Source: Hoeflea sp.
GTDB taxonomy: Bacteria > Pseudomonadota > Alphaproteobacteria > Rhizobiales > Rhizobiaceae
Direction: 5' to 3'
Assembly: GCA_002707605.1 (NCBI GenBank)
Contig: PANK01000012.1
Span: 6,731 to 70,730, forward strand
Length of the DNA: 64,000 nucleotides
The translations under genes and the position numbers were made by a program. The notes under the pieces were generated by a model. That model did no database searches. It saw nothing but the letters and a program-made list of their open reading frames with translations, and was not told where the DNA came from. Position 1 is the stretch's first letter. Each line of letters starts with the position of its first letter. Shown piece after piece: positions 19,064 to 28,400 of the stretch.

Positions 19064-20361
19064 CCGAGAGTCTCAAGCTCGGCGGCTCCGATCTCGCTGG
19101 CGGGCCGAGAATCCGGCGCCTCAATCGCCTGCCGATCATCGTGGCGATCGTGCTGGTGGTGCTGTTTCTCGCTGCGATCTTCTATGGCCTGTCCTCACGC
19201 GGTCTCCGCCTGGGCGACGACGACCCGGGGTTCACGCCGGGTTCCCGACCGGCCTCGACCCATGCCGACCAACTCAAGGAGGGTGTCCCGGACGGGATCA
19301 TCGGCGAACCGGTGCAACCGCAGCCGCAACCGATCCCGGTCGAGCGGGCGGAGCCAGAGGAAAACCCGTTCATGCCAGAGCCGCCGGCGTCGCCCACGGA
19401 CGAGGCACCGGAGCAGGCGCTGGAGCCGGAAGAGCAATGGCGCGCACGCCTCGAGCGAGAGCAAGAAGAACAGCTCATGCGCGAGCTCCACCGTCAGCGC
19501 ATGGCGCGCTATCAAGCCAATGACGCGGCGTTTGATTCCCCGATCGCCGTTTCGCTAGGCGACCTTTCGGCTGACGCCAACGATGGCACAGCCACGGCGC
19601 CTGGCGAACCGCAATCGTCGACAACGCGGCCGCAGAGCGCGCTCGACCTCTACAGAGCGGCGATGGAGGCGGGCGTTGGTGGCGCCACGGACGCGAACGG
19701 GCAGGCGGCCAAGGAGCGCTTCTTCAATCAAGACATCCGGGATCTGGGATACCTTCCCAATCCGGTCGTCGGCCAGATCTCGCCCTATGAGCTCAAGCGC
19801 GGTTCGGTCATCCCGGCAACGCTCGTCACGGGCATCAACTCGGACCTTCCCGGGCGGATCACGGCTCAGGTCTCGCAGAATGTCTATGACAGCGCGACGG
19901 GCCGGCATCTCCTCATCCCGCAGGGTTCCAAACTATTCGGCCGGTATGATTCCGAGGTCACATTCGGGCAGGACGGCGTGCTCGTCATCTGGACCGACCT
20001 GATCTTTCCGAACGGATCGACGCTGCAGATCGGCGGCATGGCGGGGACCGATGCCGCAGGCTATGGCGGGTTCCGGGACCAGGTCGACAACCACTATCTG
20101 CGCACGTTCGGCTCGGCAATCCTCGTCGCTCTGATCGGGGCCGGGACCGAAATGATGCTGCCGCAGGACCGCAACAGCTTCGGTACGGCCAACAGCGCCG
20201 AGGACGCCGCCAGGCGCTCTTTTGCAGAAACCTTCGGGCAGATCTCCGAGCAGACGGTCACGCGCAACCTCAACGTCCAGCCGACGCTAGAGATCCGTCC
20301 GGGCTACCGGTTCAACGTCCTGGTCGACCAGGACATCGTCTTCCCCGGGTCGTATCGGTAG
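19060..20361 (+). CDS. trbI: TrbI (VirB10-like)
   Basis: Start MTESLKLGG overlaps the trbH stop (ATGA). It has a TM helix, a Pro-rich linker and a conserved C-terminal domain (GYGGFRDQVDNHY). Confidence 0.9.
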   Translation: MTESLKLGGSDLAGGPRIRRLNRLPIIVAIVLVVLFLAAIFYGLSSRGLRLGDDDPGFTPGSRPASTHADQLKEGVPDGIIGEPVQPQPQPIPVERAEPEENPFMPEPPASPTDEAPEQALEPEEQWRARLEREQEEQLMRELHRQRMARYQANDAAFDSPIAVSLGDLSADANDGTATAPGEPQSSTTRPQSALDLYRAAMEAGVGGATDANGQAAKERFFNQDIRDLGYLPNPVVGQISPYELKRGSVIPATLVTGINSDLPGRITAQVSQNVYDSATGRHLLIPQGSKLFGRYDSEVTFGQDGVLVIWTDLIFPNGSTLQIGGMAGTDAAGYGGFRDQVDNHYLRTFGSAILVALIGAGTEMMLPQDRNSFGTANSAEDAARRSFAETFGQISEQTVTRNLNVQPTLEIRPGYRFNVLVDQDIVFPGSYR

Positions 20362-20363
20362 CG

Positions 20364-21146
20364 ATGACCCAGTTCGTTTTCAACGCTCCGTGCAGAAGGG
20401 TCGCCTTCTGTTGCGCGGCTTGCCATTGGACCCGCCCACCATTGAACGCCAATCTGCTCAATCTCATCGACAGGCTTTCGCTGCCGCTTGACGAGCGTGC
20501 GGCGCGCCGTTCGTTGCGGGATTTCGCGGACGATACCGGGTTCGACTTCTTCGCCTACCTCTACCTTCGCGGTCCCGAGAGCTTCGCCGTCTCGAACTAT
20601 CCGCGCGCGTGGCAGGAGCTCTATGTGCAACGGGAGTTCATCCGGGTCGATCCGGTCGTGACCAAGGCAAAGCACGGACCGCCGCTGTTTTCGTGGTCCG
20701 CCGACGAGGCGAGGCGCAACGGGCGGCGGGACGTGATCAGGTTCTTCGTCGAGGCGGAGCGGTTCGGCATCAGGTCCGGAATCTCCATCTCGATTCCAGT
20801 CGGCTTCAGGGACCGCATGGTGTTCACGCTTGCGAGCGGCAGGCCGGTATCGAAGCTGAGCGAGGATATCGACCCGGTCACTGCGGCGGTCTCGGTCGCC
20901 TTCGTGCACTCCCGGTTGGGGGCGGCGAGCGGGGACGTGTCGCTTGCCTCCGGCATCCGGCTCTCACCGCGCGAGGCGGAATGCCTGCGCTGGTTCGCTG
21001 AGGGGATGGCGATGCAGGATATCGCGCTCATGCTGGACATCTCGTATCGCTCGGTGCGGTCCTATATCGACGAAGCGACAAGCAAGCTCGGGGCGGCAAA
21101 CAACCGGCAGGCCGGCACGATTGCCACACGAATCGGACTGATCTAA
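20364..21146 (+). CDS. traR: LuxR-family AHL-responsive regulator, TraR-like
   Basis: Autoinducer-binding region (FAYLYLRG..VSNYPRAWQELY..DPVV..FGIRSGISIPV) plus a C-terminal HTH (LSPREAECLRWFAEGMAMQDIA). The ATG is 2 nt after the trbI stop, and the gene is convergent with traM as in Ti plasmids. Confidence 0.8.
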   Translation: MTQFVFNAPCRRVAFCCAACHWTRPPLNANLLNLIDRLSLPLDERAARRSLRDFADDTGFDFFAYLYLRGPESFAVSNYPRAWQELYVQREFIRVDPVVTKAKHGPPLFSWSADEARRNGRRDVIRFFVEAERFGIRSGISISIPVGFRDRMVFTLASGRPVSKLSEDIDPVTAAVSVAFVHSRLGAASGDVSLASGIRLSPREAECLRWFAEGMAMQDIALMLDISYRSVRSYIDEATSKLGAANNRQAGTIATRIGLI

Positions 21147-21161
21147 TCCCGGTCAAACCAG

Positions 21162-21500
21162 CTAATTGAGCACCGGGCGTTGTCCGTCGATCTCGGGCAC
21201 GAACCCGAGGCGCTCGACGACCAGGCTCACGACCTGATGCTGCGCATGGAGGTTGAGCATGGCGATCCGGTAGTCGTGCCTTAGCTGTCCCAGATGCTCA
21301 TCTGTCGAACCGGCAGCTTCAAGCCAATCTAGCTCCTCGAACAGCTCATGGGCGTTCTGCAGACGGCTCCTGTTCTCCCGAATGACCGCGATGGCCACCT
21401 GCTTCAGCTCGTTCTCTGTCAGCTCGGCCAGGAGAGCCTGAATGACACTGGATGTCGCCGCCCGGCCGGGTCCTATGTCGACGTCTGGTTTCCTTCGCAT
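21162..21500 (-). CDS. traM: TraM anti-activator. I chose the internal start at 21500, but the ORF stays open up to 21779.
   Basis: The C-terminal LRHDYRIAMLNLHAQHQVVSLVVERLGFVPEI resembles Agrobacterium TraM (..IRYIEASIEMHAQMSALNTLISILGFIPKV). A product of about 112 aa fits TraM size. Confidence 0.7.
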   Translation of the reverse strand: MRRKPDVDIGPGRAATSSVIQALLAELTENELKQVAIAVIRENRSRLQNAHELFEELDWLEAAGSTDEHLGQLRHDYRIAMLNLHAQHQVVSLVVERLGFVPEIDGQRPVLN

Positions 21501-21792
21501 GCAATCCCTGCGGCTTGGTTCGCGGTGCGCCCCCGCGAACGATAAGATCTCGACCCCAAGCCGGGGGTTAGAAAACCGCCACAGACGGTCCCTACGACCT
21601 TTAGCACGAGGTGCCTGGACATACGCCGCAGGCCCCCGGCCGATGGCCAGAGGATCCTTTGGTGTCGCGATAGCCGACACCTGCTCTGTGGTGGGGTTTC
21701 TAAGCCCCAAGGCGGCGCGTACCGCCTCGAGGCCGTTATAGGACATGGTTACCGCGTCGACCAGAGAACCATGTGACAAAAGCGATGGTCAA

Positions 21793-22452
21793 TCAGGCGT
21801 GGCGGGGGTGGGGAATCCGCCGCGGCTCAACAGTCGCCAGCACAGGCGCCAGAAGCCTGCCGGCTTCCCCCAGGCGCTCGCGCATGGCTTCCGACATATC
21901 GAAAATGCCGGCATAGGTCATCGTCCTACCGATGCGGGCCGGGGTCCCGATGACCTCAAAGGTGCAATCGATCGTGCGAAAAATTCGCGCCATTCGCGCG
22001 TCGAAGACCGAGACGACGTGCTCGATGCCAGCGCGCTGGCAGACCTCGACGATGCCGCACAGAAGCTCGATCGTCGTGCGGTTAACGACATGGTTGGCCT
22101 CCGCACGTTCGCATGCGTTGAACGCGGCAGGGTTTACGGCGAACCGGGAGCTTTCCCAGATGAGGGGACTCGCTGGGGCGCCGCCCGGCACAAGAACCGG
22201 GAAGACGTCGCGCAACATGTTTGGCCCGGTAGTCGGCAGCAACCGCACCGCTCCCTGGAGCGCTCCGGTCTGGTTGTCGAGCGACAGAAGGTAGAGGGGA
22301 TCTTCGGCATCGAAACGGTCGATCTCCCTGCCATCGGTCACGGTGACGTCCCATTCGAGCCGGTCGGCGAAAACCGCTGCCCGCATCCGGAACATTTCAT
22401 CGAACAGGGTGGAGTGACGCTCGCGCTCCGCGCCTTCGACGATGGTGATCAT
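21793..22452 (-). CDS. traI: LuxI-family acyl-homoserine-lactone synthase
   Basis: FRMRAAVFADRLEWDV, RFDAEDPLYLL and WESSRFAV are typical LuxI blocks. Confidence 0.85.
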   Translation of the reverse strand: MITIVEGAERERHSTLFDEMFRMRAAVFADRLEWDVTVTDGREIDRFDAEDPLYLLSLDNQTGALQGAVRLLPTTGPNMLRDVFPVLVPGGAPASPLIWESSRFAVNPAAFNACERAEANHVVNRTTIELLCGIVEVCQRAGIEHVVSVFDARMARIFRTIDCTFEVIGTPARIGRTMTYAGIFDMSEAMRERLGEAGRLLAPVLATVEPRRIPHPRHA

Positions 22453-22512
22453 GGTGTTGCTCCTTGCGTTTGTTGAAAACGCTGAAGCAACTAAACCCCG
22501 GGAGAAGGGCCC

Positions 22513-22538
22513 TAAATCCGGTGTATCTGCCGGATTTA
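22513..22538. promoter_or_regulatory. 26-bp palindrome TAAATCCGG-N8-CCGGATTTA upstream of traI (lux-box candidate, or hairpin at the end of luxR)
   Basis: Perfect 9-bp arms, centred about 73 bp upstream of the traI ATG. It contains TCTGCCGG, the same 8-mer as the repA-trbB and oriT palindromes. Confidence 0.35.
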
Positions 22539-23291
22539 CGGCAATTGGCTGAGCAGACTAGCCTTGCCGGCTTTGTTCACCGCATGGGTATTGTTGGCAG
22601 CACCGAGCTTATGTCTGGCGCTCTCGAGGTAGCAGCGTACCGTGTGCTCCGACAAACCCAGGATAACGGCGGTCTCCCACGCCGTCTTTCCCTCGGCTAC
22701 CCACAACAGGCACTCTCGCTCGCGCGGGGACAGCCTGGCCTGCTCCACGGTCTTCCCCTCCAACCGCAGAATCGCCTGGTGCATATGAAGCGCCAGCATT
22801 TGGAAGTCTCGCATGTAGTGGAGTCGGAGGTACCGCCAGTCGCGATCGCTGGCGTCGCTCGTGATCGAGACCAGCGCTCTATCACCGTGCTGGCCGTGGA
22901 CGGGCAGGGAGATACCACGACGGCCGAGGCCGAACTCCTTTGCCTCCCCAAACAGGCGCCGAACGTCCTCGTCTGCCCGATCGAACTCGTCCCAGTCGAT
23001 GGGCAGCATACGGCGCATACCGATCTGCACGGTCGGATCGATATCGACGAAGCGCTGGGCCTTGTAGTGATCAACCCATTCGTTCGAATAGGTCACTGCG
23101 AGATAGGGGGATTGTCCAGGCTGTGCAGTCACTCCAGAGCCCAGATAGGCCACCGTCTTCAGCCCATAGATGTCGAGCAGCCTACCCAAGAGTTCGGGAA
23201 TCCCAGTCGCGTCGGTTATCTCCCCAAGCTTTTCGAGCAGTTCGAACAGTTCCAGATCATCGGAATTTCGATCTCGTCGGTTCATGCTCAA
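22536..23291 (-). CDS. Second LuxR-family AHL-responsive regulator
   Basis: Autoinducer-binding domain (YLAVTYSNEWVDHYKAQRFVDIDP, FGLGRRGISLPVHG) plus an HTH (LSPRERECLLWVAEGKTAWETAVILGLSEHTV). It lies directly upstream of traI. Confidence 0.8.
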   Translation of the reverse strand: MSMNRRDRNSDDLELFELLEKLGEITDATGIPELLGRLLDIYGLKTVAYLGSGVTAQPGQSPYLAVTYSNEWVDHYKAQRFVDIDPTVQIGMRRMLPIDWDEFDRADEDVRRLFGEAKEFGLGRRGISLPVHGQHGDRALVSITSDASDRDWRYLRLHYMRDFQMLALHMHQAILRLEGKTVEQARLSPRERECLLWVAEGKTAWETAVILGLSEHTVRCYLESARHKLGAANNTHAVNKAGKASLLSQLP

Positions 23292-23807
23292 CGCCTTTTC
23301 TGCTGTGCTGTAGTGCGTACGACCGCTGATCGTCGATCGGGGAAGACCGGACCAGGCGACATTCCTGCCCGGTGATGAATTCTATGCGGGCCCCACGGCC
23401 AGCCGCCGGTCGGGCAGCCGGTCCGCTCACGTTCTGGTGGCCGCCTTCCATCGTCGGTCGCGTTCAAGACCTGGCGCACGCCCCGACGACATGGCGCCGA
23501 GCTTTGCCGTGCAGGTCGCCAACATCATGACGCTCGGGTTGTTCTGGTGGCGGCTCTAGATCGGCGCGTCGAGGAGACGTACTTTGTGTTGAATAGGTTG
23601 GTAATTGGGCCGAATAAAGATGACTTTTTCCATCATCTTTTAGAGGCACATTGGCTGCAGAAAATCAAGGAGCATGCATGATTAGATCCGAGCCTTCGCA
23701 ATGCTTGTCATGATCGGATCATATTTCCGCATTTCGGCTTGGTTCGCGCCACACGGTTTCCAGTTACCTAACGCTAACCGCACAGCCCGGACCGTCATCT
23801 ACACATC

Positions 23808-25043
23808 TCAGATGTTGAACGCCATGATAAGTGGAAGATCAAAGAGCCGTGCCCAGGCAATGGTTACGGACTTCTGAATAGCGACGATACTGGTGCCGTG
23901 TGTCCACCAGCCGTTTCCCGTCGCCACAATGATGTCGGGCATGTAGAGTGCCGATTGCAGAATGGGCCATACAATGAGCTGCTCGTAGCAGATCAACGGG
24001 GCAACCCGTGCGCCACCGAATTCGATGATCGGATTTTCGAACAAGTGCGCTCTCGCACCACCGGACTCGTCGATCAGCGCTAGCCAGGGCTGCCACATTG
24101 AGACCGGCACCGGCATTCTCTGCCGATAGAGAATGCGCGCTCCCTTACCCGAGATCTCTACCATCACGTTATCGTAGCCCTGCCTGTCGACCAGGGTCGC
24201 TCCGGCAATTAAGACGATGTCGACTTCTTTGATCTCATTGACCCATAGGCGTTCAACGGTCGGCGTCCAGATGCCTGCGGCGCCTTCGGGCAACACCACG
24301 ACCTTGTTGCCTTGGGCCGCTGCTGCCTTTACCGCAGCGATTGCCTCACGATGCTGCAAAAGCCCGGCATATTTGCCGCGCTCGCCCCCGGACCCCGTGT
24401 CGAGACCGATCCAGCCATCGGGCAGGCTGGGGTCTGTCCACGTTGCGGCGGACCAGGCAAACGCTCCTCCCAATACGAGCGTTGCGATCGGCCAGACCCT
24501 CGTCGTCATGGCGAGGAGGCCGATCGCTGCCGCCGCAAGGCCCCACCATCTCCAGCCCGGGAACACGATCCCGGCCGCCGTGATCGGATGCGCCCAACCC
24601 ACGATTCCGAAGGGCGGCACGCTCATGAGGATTGCCGCGGCGGCATATCGAAGGGTTCGTCCCGTCCCGGGCCGCGATGTCCACAGTACAGCATGCACGA
24701 CGACGAAGGCGAGCGATGCGCCGAGCCAGAGCGCGAGTCCTTCGGCGATCCCGCTACCAAAGTAATTGACAACACCCTGTGGCAGACCGCGTGACGCGGC
24801 GAGGAAATATCCCGCCGACACAATTCCGGCCGCGATCCGGCAAGGAGAATTGGCCCACAGGACGGGAAAGGCGAAGGCGAGCGGGAGGGTGAGGGAATTG
24901 CCGCTCCATCCGATCGCACCGGTGGCCACCGCGAGCGCCGTGAGTCCTGCGGTCTTGATGGCATCACGGACGAACGGTGAGGACCGGACGCGCCAGGCCG
25001 AGGACACCGGCGATCGGGACCGGCCCGAAATATCTCGAGTCAT
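23808..25043 (-). CDS. traB: TraB (Ti-type conjugal transfer protein, membrane N-terminus plus CN-hydrolase-like C-terminus). The start is uncertain.
   Basis: Multi-TM N-terminal half, then VVVLPEGAAG and APLICYEQL (nitrilase/Lnt-like). It follows traF in the traA-traF-traB order. Confidence 0.7.
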   Translation of the reverse strand: MTRDISGRSRSPVSSAWRVRSSPFVRDAIKTAGLTALAVATGAIGWSGNSLTLPLAFAFPVLWANSPCRIAAGIVSAGYFLAASRGLPQGVVNYFGSGIAEGLALWLGASLAFVVVHAVLWTSRPGTGRTLRYAAAAILMSVPPFGIVGWAHPITAAGIVFPGWRWWGLAAAAIGLLAMTTRVWPIATLVLGGAFAWSAATWTDPSLPDGWIGLDTGSGGERGKYAGLLQHREAIAAVKAAAAQGNKVVVLPEGAAGIWTPTVERLWVNEIKEVDIVLIAGATLVDRQGYDNVMVEISGKGARILYRQRMPVPVSMWQPWLALIDESGGARAHLFENPIIEFGGARVAPLICYEQLIVWPILQSALYMPDIIVATGNGWWTHGTSIVAIQKSVTIAWARLFDLPLIMAFNI

Positions 25044-25497
25044 AGGAACCTGCGAAATCAGAGTGGAGGAAGACGTGACCGGGCGGCACGACGCCGCCGG
25101 CGTAGGGAAGAAGAGCCCTGCCCCCGGCGTCCGCGGCGCGCAGGTCGGAGCCGATGAGCGGCATGCCGTCAACGCGCACGGCGCCGGCGATCTCAACGCG
25201 CTGTCCCAGCGTCGCGGCGACGGTCTTGATCATCGGGCTCAGCCATCCCGAACAGAGCCCCGACCGCAGATATCCTCGCTGCCGCGCGAGCCGGAACGCG
25301 GACGTTGGCGGCGGGCAGATCATGACAAGATCACCGACGGCAACCTCACGGTCGAGCGGCACAATCCGCCAGATTCCGAGCGGGTAGCTCGAAGTAAGAT
25401 TGATGCGCAGGCCACCTACATAGCCGAGGGAGAACAGGCCGCTCACGACCGCGGCGCCGATCCAGAGAACTGCGAGCGCCCGACGCCTGCGGGTCAT
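24964..25497 (-). CDS. traF: TraF conjugative signal-peptidase-like protein (S26 family)
   Basis: Size, an N-terminal TM helix, YLRSGLCSGWLSPMIKTVAA and DSRYFGPVP. It overlaps the traA stop by 4 nt. Confidence 0.85.
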   Translation of the reverse strand: MTRRRRALAVLWIGAAVVSGLFSLGYVGGLRINLTSSYPLGIWRIVPLDREVAVGDLVMICPPPTSAFRLARQRGYLRSGLCSGWLSPMIKTVAATLGQRVEIAGAVRVDGMPLIGSDLRAADAGGRALLPYAGGVVPPGHVFLHSDFAGSYDSRYFGPVPIAGVLGLARPVLTVRP

Positions 25498-28400
25498 TTG
25501 AGCACCTGGGACTGACGCTGGCTCTGACGCAGCGCCTCGGTCTCCTTGAGCGCCTTGACCGTGCGCTCGTGGGCGGCGAGTTGCTGAACCGTGCGCATCA
25601 TCGGCCAGGCTGTAGCGAGCTTTTCGCGTTCGGCCGCGGGCATGCCGAGGGCTTGCTTTCTGAACACGGCACCTTCGGTGTCGCGCGCGCCATTGGAGAG
25701 CAATGTGCGTTCCCCAAACCGCTCGGACACGGCCTTGTTGAAGCCGTCGATTTCGGCTTTGGCCATGCGGTCGGCCAGCGCGAACCCGAGTGCTGCCGAA
25801 AGATCATTGCGGTCGATTGCGTCGCGGACCTTTTCGAGCACGGCGCGAGCAGAATGCGAAAGCGCGGGAATATCGATCGAGACGCGATGGCGCAGCGCGG
25901 TTTCATCGGCCTCGAGCCTGCGCGTGGCCGCTTCGCGCAAACGCAGGTAGCGTTCGATCTCGCGCCCGAGGGCCGGGACGTTCGCTTCGGCCTCGTGCCG
26001 CGCCTCTCGTTCCGCTCGGCTTGCCAGAATCCTATCATGGCCGCGCAACGCGCCGATGGAGGCGGGTTCACGGGCAAGCTGCCCGAGCCGCTCCGAAGCA
26101 ACTGCAGGGTCGGCGAGGACGGCATCGAAGTCCATGACGCGGAACGCCGCCTCAGGATCGGCGAAGACCAGGCGGAATCGGTCAGAAACCTCCTCCCACT
26201 GTCTGGCAACCTCCTTTTCCGCGTGGACCCTCTCGGCCGCGACGTCGGCAATGGATTTGGCGAATGTGGTGACGCCCTTGACCATCGGCTCGGCCTCCTT
26301 CTTCGATTGGACGGCGGATAGGGTGGTGTCGACCAGGCCGATGCGGGCGCCGACGGCGCGAAGCTTGCGGCCGAGATCGGCAAGGCGCCGCTTCTGGCGC
26401 AGCGTCCATTCCAGCCGGTCGCGGGCGAGTGTGCGTGCGACCCGCATGAGATGAAGTCCGCGGCTGTTGGCGAAGCTGAGCGCCTGCCGGTAGAAGCGTC
26501 CGGCGGCATAATCGAGAGTGGTTTCCTTGGCGTTCCGCCGCGACAGAAGCGTGTCGAGACCGCCCGCGATCTGGAACGACCGCTCGCCATAGAAGAGCTG
26601 AAGGTCTTCCCTGTGCCGGGTCATCGCGACATAGGTCAGATGCCGGTCCAGCGAGAGCGACGCGAGCACTTTCACGCGATCGACGGTCGCGCCCTGGCTT
26701 TTGTGGATCGTGGTGGCGTAGCCGAGATCGAGATTGCGGTAGAAGCGCTCCTCGACCTCGACCCGGCGCTTGTCTTCCCCTTCACCGGTCTCGGCGACGA
26801 TCCTGCCGGGGCAGGCTTCGACCACCCTGCCGATCATGCCGTTCTTGACGCCGAGCGCGCCCTCGTTCCTGAGAAACACGATCTGGTCGCCAGCGTCGAA
26901 ATGCCGTGTCCCCTCTTCCGTCTGAAACGCATGACCCACGCCGACAATGCCGCGCTCGACCAGCTTTTCGCGCGCGAGCCGGTTGAGTTCACGCACGTCG
27001 CGACGCAGATGGGCCAGGATGATTGTGGTCTTCTCGGCATCGTATTCGCGGTTCCAGGATGCAATCAGGCTCTCGACCGCCTGGGCCTTCAGCTTCTCCC
27101 CGATCACCCTGCCGCAGCCCCGATAGGCCGAGAGCGCGGCCGTCACATTGCCGCGCGCCAGATCGAGCGAGGCGGTGCGCATCCAGGCGTCTTTCTGGCG
27201 GTAGATCGTCTCGAGCTCGGCATAGCCGGTGCGCTCGACGATGGCGCGGAAGGCAGCCCCCGCCTCGATCGGCTGGAGCTGCTCGGCATCGCCGACAAGC
27301 ACCAGCTTGGCGCCGGCCTTCGAGACCGCCTCGACGAATGTCGCCATCTGTTTCGACGCGACCATGCCGGCCTCGTCCATAACGAAGATCGTCTTGTCGT
27401 CGAGGCGGTTGCGCCCCTCGTTCCAGCGCAACTCCCAGGACGCCAGGGTGCGGGACGGGATTCCTGCTTCCGTCTCGAGGCCCTCGGCAGCCTTGCCGGC
27501 CAGCGCGCCCCCGACCACCGTGTAGCCTGCCGCCTCCCATGCCTCGCGCACCGCGCGCATCATCGTCGTCTTGCCGGCGCCGGCGCGGCCGACAACGGTG
27601 GCAATCCGCGCGCCGGAGGTCACGTGCCCGATGGCCGTGCGCTGCTCGTTCGAAAGACGGTCGTGACGCGCGAACACGTCGGCAACGATCTTCTCCCGGA
27701 CCTCGAACCCCTTCGCCTTCACGAGCGCGGATGCCCGGGACACCATCTCCGCTTCGAGGCGGATCAGCTCGCGCGTGGTGAGCCTGTCCGGCAAGCGCGC
27801 GCCGGTCGCAAAGTCGACCGTCCCGGATTCGAGACGAAGGCAATCCGGGCTTTGAAGAATCCGCGCCAGGAGCTGCTGGAAGGCGCCGGGATCGTCGACA
27901 TATCGATGCAGCACCTTGGCGATGTCGCGCTCATCGAACACGCTCTTTTCGCGAGAGACGAGATCGAGGACGATCTCCGGCCGGGCCTGAATGCGCTCGG
28001 CGTTCACCGCGCGCGCAGCCGCATGCGATGCGAGACGTTCGAGCCTGGTGTCCCTGCCCTCACGCATTGCCCTGCGCTCTATCGCCTTTGCGCCCGGGCC
28101 GATATGGGTTGTGGGCACGAGGTCGATGCCGCGCTCCGCATAGGATCGTCCATCGACTCGTATCTCGAAGCCGCCTAATGCGAGGTGCTGGTTCTGGAGA
28201 TCGAGCCAGCGTTGCCGCTGCTCGAGGAACTCGGTCTTCTCGCCCGCCCAGAGGCGATACTGGATCTTTCCGGTTTTGGTGCGGACCACCTGGCCGTCCG
28301 CTCCGATCACGGCGACCTTCTTGCCCCCGAAACCGCTTTCGGTGAGCGGGCGCAGCGTGGTCATCAGATGCACATGCGGATTGCCCGGATCGTCGTGATA

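Noticed and set aside
23464-23649. 61-aa ORF as a traH candidate
   Set aside because: It is far shorter than TraH, has no resemblance that I can see, and has odd composition. The region is treated as non-coding or degraded.
26451-28178. 575-aa plus-strand ORF
   Set aside because: It is antisense to traA, which has unambiguous relaxase and helicase motifs.
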